Source: Mobula hypostoma | Taxonomy: Eukaryota | Direction: 5' to 3' | NCBI RefSeq assembly: GCF_963921235.1 | Contig: NC_086097.1 | Coordinates: 111,044,001 to 111,108,000 of the forward strand | Length of the DNA stretch: 64,000 nt | Part shown: positions 36,541 to 49,350 of the stretch, in pieces | How positions within the stretch are numbered: the stretch's first letter is position 1 | How the letters are laid out: each line of letters starts with the position of its first letter | Position numbers and translations under genes: made by a program | The notes under the pieces: model-generated | Database searches by the model: none | What the model was told of the DNA's origin: nothing | What the model saw: the letters and a program-made list of their open reading frames with translations, nothing else

Positions 36541-38806
36541 AGGCAACATTCTGACAGGCTGCATCACTGTCTGGTATAGTGGGACTACTGCACAGGACCG
36601 AAAGAAGCAGCAGTGGGTTGTAAAATTAGTCGCCTCCATCTTGGGTACTAGCCTACAAAGTCATGGGTGTACAGAGAGTAAAGGGGGGGCCTTAGGACAA
36701 GCCCTGGAGGGGTCCTGTGTTGAGGGTCAGAGGTGAGGGAGCCAGTGATCTGACAGTAAGTCCAGGATCCAACTGCACAAGGGAGGGTGAAGGCCAAGGT
36801 CTTTGAGCTTCTTGTAAAGCCGAGAGGGAATTATGGTGTTGAATGCTGAACTGTAGTCCAAGGACAGCATTCTCACATAAGCATCCCTCTTCTCCAGGTG
36901 TGTAAGGACGGTGTGTAGAGCTGTGGTTATTGTGTCATCTGTCGATCAGTTGTCCCGATAGGCAAATTATAGGGGGTCCAGTGTGGGTGGTAGCACACTC
37001 AGACGAAGTCCTTGACCAGCCTCTCAAAACATTTGCTAATTATTGAGGTGTGTGCGACAGGACGCCAGTCATTCAGACACGTTACCTTGGTCTTTTTAGG
37101 TACAGGGACAGTGGTGGATGTTTTGAAGCAGGAGGGCACTCTACACTGGGAGAGGGAGAGATTAACAATGTCTGCAAACACACCAGCCAGTTGTGCCGCA
37201 CATATCCTGAGTACCCGCCCTGGGATGCCATCCAGTCCCGCAGCCTTGTGACTGTCCACTCGTTGGAAACACCTGTGTACTTCAGCCTCAGAGATGACCA
37301 AGGTGCAGGTACATCAACGACTCTCCTCAGAGGCTCAGTGTAGGCGACATTGAACAGAGTGTGAAAAAGATTTAGCTCATCTGGGAGAGAGACAGTGATG
37401 TTGGCAGCACCAATGCATTTAGCTTTGAAGTCGGCGATAGTGTGCAGACTTTACCATAAACTGCATATGTCTGAATCTTGTCCCTGTATTTTCATTTCGC
37501 TGCTTTGATGATTTTGCGTAGATCGTAGCTGTATTTCTTAAGTTCCTGGTGGTTACTGGTGGCCAAAGTTCTGTCTCGCTCAGTGGGTGTAGCGCGCTCA
37601 GAACTGCTGATCCAGGGCTTCTGTTTTGGATAGACCCTGACCGATTTTTGGGAGACAAATGTCCTCGATGCGCTTCTGGATGAAGCTCAAGACCCCTTCC
37701 GTGAACTCAGAGACATTCACATCACAAAACACATTCCAGTTGACATCATCAAAGCAGTCTTGCAGCATGGAGACTGATTGGGTAGACCAACAGCGGACAG
37801 TTTTAATTATGGCCGCCTCTTGTTTCAGCTTCTGCCCATACACAGGCAGAAGCAGGATGGAGGAGCGGTCAGACTTCCCAAGCGGTGGACAGAGGAGCGC
37901 TTTGTAAGCATTGTGGAAAGGAGAGTAGCAGTGGACAAGTATGCTATCTCCCTGTGTGCTGACCTGGATGTGTTGACAAAACTTCAGAGAGACTTTAGTC
38001 AGCGACGCTCGATTAAAGTCTCTGGTGATGATGAAAGCCGCCTCCAGGTTACAGTCTTCTGTGTGCTGATGGTCTCGTACAGTTCCTTGAGCCAGGTCAG
38101 TATCAGCCTGCAGTGGAATGTACACAGCTGAGATAATTACAGCAGTGAACCCTCTAGGCAGCCAGAAAGGTCTGCGCAGCAGCATCAGGCACTCCAGATC
38201 CAGGGAACAAAATGATTTGAAGGCATGCACATTCTGGGGTTTGCACCAAGCATTATTGACCATGAAGTGTACGCCACCTCCTTTACTCTTCCCAGAGAGG
38301 TTTTTTTGACCTGTCCACCCAGAACAGGGAGAACCCAGAGGGCTCGACGGCATGATCCAGTATCTCCTCCCTCATCCAGGTCTCCACAAAGTACAAAACA
38401 TTACATTCCTTTGTTTCCCACTGGTAGGAGATTCTGGCCCTCAGCTCACACACCTTGTTGTCCAGGGTCGGAACATTAGCCAAGAGTACGCTAAGGAGCG
38501 GTAGCCAATCAACCTCACCAGGACTCCGGCCCTTCTCCCTCACCTCGGGCGTGACTTCCGAGGTTGTGACGGTGCAATAATTGAGCCTCCTATGGATCAC
38601 GTAAGCAGGAGTTCCCAGTGTACAAAAGGTGGCACATTGTGGGTAAATGCCATCTTCCTGATGTTCAGAAGAGTCGGTTGATCATATCTGATGTGACTAT
38701 CAGCTTCTTGAACAAGAAATGTGAAGGAAATTGCAGAAATTAAGAGTACACTGTAAAACTGTTACGGAGCTCACAACACGACTCCCATACGCAGTGCCAT
38801 CTTGGC
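36541..38806 (-). mobile_element. Decayed Rex1/Babar LINE, 5' end through RT, with a short opposite-strand 3' piece at 36541-36660
   Basis: LLANVPTLDNK, GGGVHFMVN and KAAGLDGIPGRVLR motifs; 5' caagatggc. Confidence 0.8.
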
Positions 38807-39211
38807 AAAAGGAAAGTCAATTAGCCATTGGAAACTGCCCCTAGAGGGTAGGTACGTGGTAGAATCTGGAAAGATTTACTCAGCCAAGAAATTGGATAAA
38901 TGTAGGATTTGTTAACAATTGGTGGTTGGCACTCAGATAGGTGGAAAGGCACATGGTGTTAAGGAAGCAGTGAGACTTTTCTCTTAAATAATGGGTTTAT
39001 GTGGTCACTGTCTGTTGTATTAACAAACTCTGCCATTGAATGGAATCATGGCACAATCAGACCCAGAACTCACTTCCCATTAACAAGCTCAAATACAGGA
39101 CATCAAAATTACACAACTGAAAGTGGAACAGTATAATCACTCGCCTGCATTGCAATCTGTTTAGTTACCATCTAGCCAATTATGAATACATGTACCAATT
39201 ATGCCTTCTAC

Positions 39212-39310
39212 CTGTGTCTGCAGAACACCAATAAATTGATCTTTCTCCTCCAGAGCTGCTTCAAATTCATCCTGAATGTGCTTCTTTGCCTGCTGAATCA
39301 TCTGTAGCTC
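39212..39310 (-). CDS. GOLGA4: GOLGA4 exon, 99 nt: ELQMIQQAKKHIQDEFEAALEEKDQFIGVLQTQ
   Basis: tttcacag acceptor, CAG/gtagaa donor; matches human ELQMDQQAKKHLQEEFDASLEEKDQYISVLQTQ. Confidence 0.95.
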
Positions 39311-39829
39311 CTGTGAAATTTACAGACAAGAATTGTTGAAAGTTGACATTAACTTCATGAGAACCCTCCCCCAAGCAAGTTTAACGAGTAGGTGAAAAAG
39401 AATCACCCAACACCCTGCCATGACCCATGTCCAGACTACTTATAAAGCGCCAGCAGTGTTATACTGTTTACTTTTTAAACTTGTGCTATAAATGCACCTT
39501 ATGCTGAATGTCAAGTCTTCTGGAATATATTTAAGGGTCATTCATTTCAGGTGGATTTTAAAAGGAATTGATTTTTTCCAAAGGCCTTTCTTATTTTCTA
39601 TCCCAGACAAATGAATCATTCGCAAAAGCACTGAACATATTCAAGATAAGGACTGACAGATATTCAAACTACTAAGTAAAGAGAGCATGGTTGATGGCAA
39701 GGTTTGGTCATTCATGATCTTATTGTGTAGCAGACTTAAAATGGATCTCCAAACAGAAGTTTAACAAAACCACAAACAAACAATAAACATGAAAGAATAA
39801 AAAATAAATTTGAAGAATGTAGGTCTCAC

Positions 39830-39886
39830 CTCACGTAATTCACCAATCCTACGCAGGGCTTTATCTTGACCCTGACTCAGAACTAC
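39830..39886 (-). CDS. GOLGA4: GOLGA4 exon, 57 nt: VVLSQGQDKALRRIGELRE
   Basis: ttttaag acceptor, GAG/gtgaga donor; matches human GILSQSQDKSLRRIAELRE. Confidence 0.93.
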
Positions 39887-40128
39887 CTTAAAATTTGGGT
39901 AGAAATATTATAACATCAATAAACAGTTAATGAATTAACTTTTCCACATATTGAAATTAAGTTGTACTTCTATTGCTAGTTCAATTTCAACATTCTTGTT
40001 TATAGATTGCTAACTGTTTAATATTAAGAAAAATATTTATATATGATAGTGATAGTGCATATTTCAAACAACAGTCAAATTCTGACAATCTGGTAGCTCT
40101 GGGACCTTTGAAGCACCAAGCAAACTTA

Positions 40129-40220
40129 CACTCAGTGACCACTTTAGTAGGTTCACGTGCTATTAAGGCAAATATCTCATCAGCAAATCATGCAGTACCT
40201 AATAAAGTGTCCACTGAGTG
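40129..40220. mobile_element. 92-bp MITE of the same Tc1-type family as 28858-29354
   Basis: TA-cactcagtgaccacttta...taaagtgtccactgagtg-TA. Confidence 0.8.
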
Positions 40221-40674
40221 TATTTTCTAAACTATTGGACATTACCCCCATTAATACACAAACAAACATTTTTCACACTTTTTATATGAATTAACAGAGT
40301 GGTACATTAATGTCCCTAGTAATACTGGTGAATTTAAAGGGAATATATAGGCATTCCAGGCCTTGGCCTCAGCCAGAAGCCTATTAATGTTCCTGAGACT
40401 TGATGCTTCAGGCCACAACAGCAGCCCTGACAACACACCTAGCCCACAGACAGGAATCTGATCTCATCTGCATTCTACATCCCTAGTCAACATGATGTAA
40501 TTGCGATTAAGAGAGACTTTCTGAATTTCCAAACAGTCAGACAGTCAGATGCCAGAATGTCAGACTTCTTCCACATGTAAAAGTTAATGATAATGCTGTT
40601 AAAACTGCCACTTTGGAGCAACACTTGCACTACAGCTTCAGAAGGATATAAATATTAAACTAAGTGGTGTTTTA

Positions 40675-41150
40675 GTGTTGGCCAAGATTGCGGACAATTT
40701 GAAGACAGGTGGTGGGACAGGTAGTGTTGAGGAAGCAGGAAGTCTGCAGAAGGACAGACAGATTGGGAGATGGGTAAAGAAGTGGTTGACGGAATACAGT
40801 GTAGGGAAGTGTATGGTCATGCACTTTAGTAGGAGGAATAAAGGCACAGACTATTTTCTAAATAGGGAGCAAATTCAGAAATCAGAGGTGCAAAGTGACT
40901 TGGAAGCTCTCATGCATGATTCTGTAAAGGTTAGTTTGTAGGTTGAGTCAGTGGTAAGGAAGGCAAATGCAATGTTAGTATCCATTTAGAGAGGACTAGA
41001 ACATAAAAACAAGGATGTAATACTGAGACTTTATAAGCCACTGGTCAGACCACACTTGGGAGTACTGTGAGCAGTTTTGGGCCTCTTCTAAGGAAAGATG
41101 TGCTGGCATTGAAAAGGGTCCAGGAGGTTCCTTAAAATTATCCCAGAAAT
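40675..41150 (+). mobile_element. CR1 RT C-terminal fragment
   Basis: KIADNLKTGG and KCMVMHFSRRN remnants. Confidence 0.8.
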
Positions 41151-41328
41151 TTATACACATTTCTACACATTTGTGAAGAACAGGAGAATGTCTTGAGTGT
41201 GGGTCGGACTTATCAGGGATAAAAAGAGTACATGCAGGAAGCTCTGAATTTACTTTGAATCATTAGTTTGCTGACTTGACCCACTTGCTTTTCTCTTACA
41301 AGTTGTTGCAGCTGGCATCTTCACTTAC

Positions 41329-41376
41329 CTGCATTTTCTCTTTGTCTCTCTGTAAAGTTCGATATGCAGTAACTAG
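41329..41376 (-). CDS. GOLGA4: GOLGA4 exon, 48 nt: LVTAYRTLQRDKEKMQ
   Basis: ttttttcag acceptor, CAG/gtaagt donor; matches human LVTAYQMLQREKKKLQ; too short for the ORF track. Confidence 0.93.
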
Positions 41377-41699
41377 CTGAAAAAAAAATCCAAATGGTCA
41401 TGAAATGCTCACCTTCAATATTCTATTCTGAATATCTTTACTTCCAAGTATATTTCAGCAGCATGTTATTGCAAATATTTGATTTGCCAGTTAGAAGATA
41501 TTCATTTTTCTATAAACATTTCCAAAATAACGACACTAAGCCAGGTAAAGAAAGAGAAAGAGAACTGAAGAAATGTTCAGCCAAATAGATTGCAATGAAC
41601 ACCTTTAACAAAGACACAAGGAAAAGGCAGAGGACTGGGTTTGAAGCTCTAAAAAAAAAATCAGAAATCTGTCAAGTGCATAATTTCAACCACAACTAC

Positions 41700-42020
41700 C
41701 TCTGAATATTTCGATCTATAATTGGCCAAACTCCGCTCAATCCGACGAAACTGGTTGGAAGATATGTCCTTACTGATGCTCTCAAAGGTGCCTGCATTAT
41801 CTTCTGTCTCACTTTCAATATCTGATGATGGATCAAAGATGGCACCAGAAGACTGAACATCTAAATCAAACCGATTAAGTGACTCTCTTGAAGCAGTTCG
41901 TACAAGTGAGTCTTTTGAAGGCGATGAGAAAAGTGATTCTTTGGAAGAGGCTCGAAATAAAGACTCCATGGAGGGAACACGAAGTTGAAGTTTCTGGGCA
42001 AAAGACTGCATCTCGGTTTT
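41700..42020 (-). CDS. GOLGA4: GOLGA4 exon, 321 nt: KTEMQSFAQKLQLRVPSMESLFR...RSLANYRSKYSE
   Basis: Poly-T tract plus tag acceptor, GAG/gtagtt donor. Peptide matches the golgin-245 N-terminus (QSFAQKLQLRVPSVESLFR...SLVRTSSRESLNR...KYSE). Confidence 0.95.
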
Positions 42021-42156
42021 CTACAAAAAAAAAACACAAAATTTCATTGAATTACTTTTGAATCATTTAGATGAAGTCTCAAAAGAAAATGTGTTCAAGT
42101 AAATGTCAAGCATTTCCTTATTTTGAAATGCCAGTGAGCATTGATCTGTTTTGGGA

Positions 42157-42396
42157 CCAGCACGGTAATGTAGCAGCGTAAAGCTATTACAGCGCCAATG
42201 ACCCGGGTTCAGTTCCACCACTGTCTAAGGAGTTTGCACATTCTCCATGATCATGTGGGTTTCCTTCAGCTGTTTCAGTTTCCTCCCACATTCAAAAGAT
42301 GTACAGTTTAATAGGTTAATTGATCACATAGGTGTAATTGGGTGGTGGAAGGTTGTTGGGTTGATGTTACTGTGCTGCATCACTAAATAAAATAAA
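42157..42396 (+). mobile_element. tRNA-derived V-SINE (HE1-like)
   Basis: B-box-like gggttcagttcc; V-domain-like gtgggtttcc...gtttcctcccacattcaaaagatgt; (taaaa)n tail. Confidence 0.7.
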
Positions 42397-43029
42397 GCAG
42401 AATTAAGAGACCAAATGATAGATCATGAGTTATGGCCCAAGAAAAGGATGACTGGAGTCACTTAGCACCATCGTGCAGAGTGTTTATTAAGTGCATTAAA
42501 ATTCAAACTTACAAAAATTAGCAAAAAGAGTGAAAAGAAAACTGCCAATATTTACAAAAAGATATGTACCAGAAAATACAATACTATTTGTCCTGTGTGA
42601 ACTGCTGGAAGCCCGATGTGTCTCTTTCTCCCTGCAACTGAGAGCAATCCGCCAATTTTTAGACACTGGGATATACCATCTTTAATCACCCACAAAGTTA
42701 ATTGAAGGACCCTTTATAAGAAAATACCGGAGGAAGACGTTGAAGTGTGCACATTTGGTGCAACAACAGCAGAATGACAAGCCAATGTTTGCGCGGAGTG
42801 TGTGCGTGTAGGGTGAAATGTGCATGCATGTGCAAAATCCACACGGGTACGGCATGTGCTCACTGAGCACTCTCAATCACACCAAACAAATGTTAATACT
42901 ATTCTATAACCCAAGAGGTCAATCATAGATTTAATAAACTATCACCAGTTTTGATTCAAAGAACAGAGTGCAAAGAAAAGAAAGTGGAAATCATGTTTGA
43001 AGTAGCAAGTGAGAAATCGACATTTTGCA

Positions 43030-44730
43030 GGGTGGAAGCCATTTGAAAAAAAAATTATCAGAAGTTAGTTTTATCTGAGCCATCAAAAAGGGAGTTTAAG
43101 CCAAGTGGCCATTCTGTGAGTGGCCAGTGTTAGGATAGCCAGGCTTTGGCTCAATGGGCCAAAGCAGGCGAGAGCAGGTGAAGGCTAAAGATGCTGAGCC
43201 TTTAGGAGTCAGTTTGTTGATTGTAGAACTTAAGCTTAAGAAGGTAGAGCCTAAGTTATAACAAGTGTATGCAGGATGGTAGTTAAGGCAGTGGAATGCT
43301 CTTCTTCTAAGATATGGGACTGCAGGGGACTAAATGGATCCCCTGATGACTACATCTGCTGGAAGTGCACCCAACTTCAGTTCTGAATGACAAGGTCAAG
43401 ACTGTGGCTGTGAAAAAGACGGCAGGATGGTGTGTTGCCTCATGGGTGCCAGGGTCCCAGATGTCTCAGAACGTCTGCAGAATATTCTCAAGAGGGAGGA
43501 TGATCAGCCAGGGGTTGTAGTGTACATTAGTCCCAATGATATAGGGAGAAAAGGGGAAGAGGTCCTGTGCAGTGAGTATAAGGAGTTAGGGAAAAGGCTG
43601 AAGAGCATGACCTCCAAAGTAGTAATCTCTGAATGACTTCCAATGCCACATGCTAGTCAGGGCATGAATAGTATGATGGTACAGATGAATAAGTTTGCTG
43701 AGGATCTAGTACAGGGGCAGGGTTTCAGATTTCGGAATCACTGGGATCTCCTCTGGGGAAGACACGAACTGTAAAAAAAAAGAAAGGAGACAGGTACAAC
43801 TGAATCCAAGGGGGACCAATATCTAAGGCAGTCCTATGCTGAGTTCAGCACTGACTGGCAACTCCTGCGATGCCATCTGTGTATCTGCCCGTGCCATTCC
43901 TTCGCATTCATCTACTGCACGGGAAGGGGAGCCTGCTGCGTGGGCAACAACTTGCTCTCCGTATCGTACTGCCCTGGCTTGTGTATCACATAGACAGCAA
44001 GAGTGCAATACCCATTGTCAACCCCAACCAATGGAAGGCATCTCCTGTCTCAGCAGCACTTATGGAGACAAAAACAAAGTCCATATCACAGGAGAATGAT
44101 CTTTCATCAGCACAAGGAAAAGAATGAGAACATGGATCTAAAATCTGTGATAGTGTTGTTTTCTAATGGGAAGTTGTGACTGGGGGTATACCACAAGCTC
44201 AGTAATGGGACCTTTGTTTGACGCACATGAATGGCTTGGATGTGGAAGTAAGAAGAATAACTGGCATGTTTGCAAATGGTACAAAAATTGATGGCATCAG
44301 AAACAGAGGAAGCTTGTATAAGGCTACAGTATGATCCAGTTCGGATGAACAGTTGTGAGCAGAGTAATTGTACTTGGAATTTAATCCTGATTAATGAGAG
44401 GTGATGCATTTTAGGAGGGCAACAATAGCAATGCAGTAAGTGAAAGGGCCCCGGGGAGTGCTGATTAATAGATTGTCCTTGGGTCCAATTCTGAAAATGG
44501 GGCCACCACATGGGATGGGTGATGACAAAGAGATATGGGATGCTTGCCTTTGTTAGCTGTGCCACAGATAGGAATGTCTAAAACAAAAGGGCATAGATTG
44601 AAGATGAGAGGTAGGAAGTTTAGAGGGGATTCAAGGCATTTTTTTTCTGTTCCACACAGAAAGTGATTGGAATCTGAAATTGCCTGAATTGGTGGTGGAG
44701 GCAATGATTCTCACAGCATTTAATCATTTG
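43030..44730 (+). mobile_element. Old CR1 remnants (ORF1 esterase and RT), interrupted by the repeat at 43823-44040
   Basis: MVCCLMGARVPDVSERLQNIL...KVVISE. Confidence 0.7.
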
Positions 44731-45002
44731 ATTCTCCAAAATATCAACGTGATTTTCCCATCTACCTGTATATTGAAATTGCCCAAGACTGTTGAATCGC
44801 CTCAAAGTCTACACCAGCAATGGGCAAACATTAGCTCATTCCCTGCTCTCAACTCTGGATCGCGCTGCCTCGATTCAGCCGCAACTGTCATGCACCTTCA
44901 AGACTTCAGTTCACATCACAAAAATGCCACAATTTATGGCCATCACAAAACTTGATTGATGAATTAAGTTAATCAATGAATTAATTGCTATAAAAGTCTC
45001 AC

Positions 45003-45080
45003 CTGGACAGCTGCTGAACCATCACCATTCAAATTATCTATGCCCTTTGGAGAGCTCGGATGATCTGTCTTTTGTGCATT
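45003..45080 (-). CDS. GOLGA4: GOLGA4 probable alternative (cassette) exon, 78 nt, phase 0-0: NAQKTDHPSSPKGIDNLNGDGSAAVQ
   Basis: ttgcag acceptor, CAG/gtgaga donor, open frame, TACTAAT branch-point-like motif at 45097-45103. Position and sequence resemble the optional mammalian segment NASTHASKSPDSVNGSEPSIPQ (recalled) before the QSFAQKLQLRVPS exon. Confidence 0.75.
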
Positions 45081-45499
45081 CTGCAATATATAATCAATTA
45101 GTAATGAATATAAGTTCCATTTTGCTCTGTCAAAACTGAAACAAATAGCATTTATTTCAACTCCATTTCCCAGGGTCACAAAATGAGATTAATATTTTAA
45201 AAGCAACTAATTGTTCAGTTGGGTAGAACATTTCAAGATTGTTTGAGCCAACGTTTAAGCAAAACTTAATTATAAGTAGCTCACAACTTTTAAATGCAAG
45301 GATATACAAGGCCCTTTTCTAAATGAAATCCAATAAACAAAATGTGAAGACTAAAAAAAATCGTCCACTTTGGCTGCTCTCAGCCAAATTAAATTCTTCA
45401 CTTTCATAAGTCAACACGAAACCATATTTATTGTGGAGATTATGCTATACTGCACAAAGGACAAAAGTGAGCAGTAACCTTGAAGGAATCAAATAAATG

Positions 45500-46528
45500 T
45501 GAGAGCATTTTAACTGGTTGCATCACCGTCTGGTTTGGAGCGCCAACCACACGTTCAGAAAAAGCTGCAGGAAGTTGTAAACTCAGCCAACTCCATCATA
45601 GGCACTATTCTCTCCAGCATCCAGGATGCCTTTTGAAAGGAGTTTGAGAAGATTTGGCATGTCAACAACTACACTCAAAAACTTCCACAGTTGTACCATG
45701 GAGAGCATTTTGACAGGCTGCATCACTGTCTGGTATGGTGGGGCTACTTCACAGGACCGAAAGAAGCTGCAGAAGGTTAGAAATCTAGTCAGCTCCATCT
45801 TAGGTACTAGCTTACAAAGTATCCAGGACATCTTCAGGGAGCGGTGTCTCAGAAAGGAACGTCTATTATTAAGGACCTCCAGCACCCAGGGCATGCCCTT
45901 TACTCACTGCTACCATCAGGAAGGAGGCACAGAAGCCTGAAGGCACACACTCAGCGATTCAGGAACAGCTTCTTCCCCTCTGCCACCTGATTCCTAAATG
46001 GACATTGAACCTTTGGATACTACCTCACTTCTTTAAAAATATACAGTATTTCTATTTTTGCACATTTTTTAAAATCTATTCAATATACGTAACTGATTTA
46101 CTTGTTTATCATTTTTTAAATTTTTATTTATTATTTTTTTCTCTGCTAGATTATGTATTGCATTAAACCGCTGTTGCTAAGTTAAAAAATTTCACGTCAC
46201 ATGCCGGTGATAATAAACTTGATTCTGATTCTCAAAAAGGCAGCATCCATCATTAGAAATCCCCATCACCCAGGACATGCCCTCTTCTCATTGTTATTAT
46301 CAAGGAAATGATACAGGAGCCTGAAGACACACACTCAACATTTCAGAAACAGCTATTTCCCCTCTGCCATCAGAATTTCTGAATGGACAATGAACCCATG
46401 AACATTACCTCAGTATTTTCCCCTCTCTTTTTACACTACGTATTTAATTTTCTTTTTATATATACTTCTTATTGTAATTTTGTTTATTATTATGCATTGC
46501 AATGTACTGCTGCTGCAAAGCAACACAT
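45500..46528 (+). mobile_element. Two nested Rex1/Babar 3' fragments
   Basis: ESILTGCITVWYG and DRKKLQKV motifs; gattctgatt tail near 46230. Confidence 0.75.
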
Positions 46529-49350
46529 GACAATAGACAATAGGTGCAGGAGTAAGCCATTTGGCCCTTCGAGCCAGCACCGCCATTCACTGTGATCATG
46601 GCTGATCATCCACTATCAGTATCCAGTTCCTGCCTTATCCCCATAACCTTTGATTCTGCTATCTTTAAGAGCTCTATCCATCTCTTTCTTGAAAATATCC
46701 AGAGACTTGGCCTCCACTGCCTTCTGGGGCACAGCACTCCACATATCCACCACTCTCTGGATGAAAAAAATTTTTCCTCAACTCCGTTCTAAATGACCTA
46801 CCCCTTATTCTTAAACTGTGACCTCTGGTTCTGGACTCACCCATCAGCAGGTACATGCTTCCTGCCTCCAGCATGTCCAATCCCTTAATAATCTTATATG
46901 TTTCAATAAGATCCCCTCTCAGCCTTCTAAATTCCAGAGTATACAAGCCCAGTCACTCCAATCTTTCGACATATGATAGTCCTGCCATCCCAGGAATTAA
47001 CCTTGTGAACCTACGCTGCACTCCCTCAATAGCAAGAATGTCCTTCCTCAAATTTGGAGACCAAAACTGCACACAAAACTCCAGGTGTGGTCTCACCAGG
47101 GCCCTGTACAGCTGCAGAAGGACGTCTTTGCTCTTATACTCAATTCCCCTTGTTATGAAGGCCAGCATGCCATTAGCTTTCTTCACTGCCTGCTGTACTT
47201 GCATGCTTGCTTTCAGTGACTGATGTACAAGAACACCTAGATCTCGTTGTGCTTCCCCTTTTCCTAACTCGACTCAACTTAGATAATAATTTGCCTTCCC
47301 GTTCTTACCACCAAAGTGGATAACCTCACATTTATCTACATTAAACTGCATCTGTCATGCATCTGCCCACTCACCCAGCTTGTCCAAGTCACCCTGCATT
47401 CTCATAACATCCTCCTCACATTTCACACTGCCACCCAGCTTTGTGTCATCTGCATATTTGCTAATGTTACTTTTAATTCCCTCATCTAAATCATTAATAT
47501 ATATTGTAAACAGCTGCGGTCCCAGCACTGAACCCTGCGGTTCCCCACTGGTCACCACCTGCCATTCCGAAAGGGACCCGTTAATCGCTACTCTTTGTTT
47601 TCTGTCGGCCAGCCAATTTTCAATCCATGTCAGTACTCTGCTCCCAATACCATGTGCCCTAATAATGCCCACTAATCTCCTATGTGGAACTTTATCAAAG
47701 GCCTTCTGAAAGTCCAGATACACTACATCCACTGACTCTCCCTTGTCCATTTTCATAGTTACATCCTCAAAAAATTCCAGAAGATTAGTCAAGCACGATT
47801 TCCCCTTCGTAAATCCATGCTGACTCGGACCAATGCTGTTACTACTATCCAGATGTGTCGTAATTTCATCTTTTATGATTGACTCCAGCATCTTTCCCAC
47901 CACTGACGTCAGGCTAACCGGTCTATAACTCCCTGTTTTCTCTCTTCCTCCCTTGAAGAGAGGGACAACATTAGCCACCCTCCAATCCACGGGAACTGAT
48001 CCTGAATCTATAGAACATTGGAAAATGATTACCAATGCATCCATGATTTCTAAAGCCACCTCCTTAAGTGCCCTGGGATGCAGACCATCAGGTCCCAGGG
48101 ACTTATCAGCTTTCAGACCCAACAGCCTATCCAACACCATTTCCTGCCCAATATAAATTTCCTTCAGTTCATCCATTACCCTAGGTCCTTTGGCCACTAT
48201 TACATCTGGGAGATTGTTTGTGTCTTCCCTAGTGAAGACAGATCCAAAGTACCTGTTCAACTCATCTGCCATTTCCTTGTTCCCCATAATAAATTCACCC
48301 GCTTCTGTCTTCAAGGGCCCAATTTTGGTCTTAATTATTTTTTTTCCTTTTCACATACCTAAAGAAGCTTTTACTATCCTCCTTTATATTCTTGGCTAGT
48401 TTACCTTCGTACCTCATTTTTTCTCCGCATATTACCTTTTTAGTTATCTTCTGTTGCTCTTTAAAAGTTTTCCAATCCTCCAGCTTCCCACTCATCTTTG
48501 CTATGTTATACTTCTTCTCTTTTATCTTTATACTGCCCTTTACTTCCCTTATCAGCCACGACCTCCCCTTACTCCCTTTAGGATCTTTCTTCCTCTTTGG
48601 AATGAACTGATCCTGCACCTTCTGCATTATTCCCAGAAATACCTGCCATTGTTGTTCCACTGTCATCCCTGCTAGGGTATTGTTCCATTAAACTTTGGCC
48701 AGATCCTCCCTCATAGCTCCGTGGTTCCCTTTGTTCAACTGTAATACTGACACTTCCGATTTTCCCTTCTCCCTCTCATTTTGTAGATTAAAACTTATCA
48801 TATTATGGTCACTACCTCCGAATAGCTCCTTTACCTCGAGGTCCCTGATCAAATCCGGTTCATTGTACAAAAGTAAATCTAGAATTGCATTCTCTCTGGT
48901 AGGCTCCAGTACACACTGTTCCAAGAATCCACCTCGAAGGCACTCCACAAACTCCCTTTCTTGGGGTCCAGTACCAACGTGATTCTTCCAGTCTACCTGC
49001 ATGTTGAAATCCCCCATAACAACAGTAGCACTACCTTTGCTACATGCCAATTTTAACTCTTGATTCAACTTACACCCTACATCCAGACTACTGTTTGGGG
49101 GCCTGTAGATAACTCCCATTAGGGTCTTTCTACCCTTAGAATTTCTCAGTTCTATCCATACTGACTCTACGTCTCCTGATTCTATGTCCCCCCTCGCAAG
49201 GGACTGAATATCATTCCTCATCAACAGAGCCACCCCACCACCTCTGCCCATCAGTCTGTCCTTTCAATATGATGTATACCTTGAATATTCATTTCCCAGG
49301 CCCTGTCCACTTGAAGCCATGTCTCTGATATTCCCACAACATCATACTTT
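46529..49350 (-). mobile_element. 5'-truncated CR1 LINE (endonuclease and RT with few disruptions)
   Basis: ORFs 48688-49251, 47355-48314 (PQGSVLGP, YADD) and 46953-47204; (gacaata)n tail; sits in a Rex1 3' tail. Confidence 0.92.

Noticed and set aside
40251..40436. Minus-strand 61-aa ORF as an extra GOLGA4 exon
   Set aside because: No golgin similarity, and the flanking exons already join as in the known protein.
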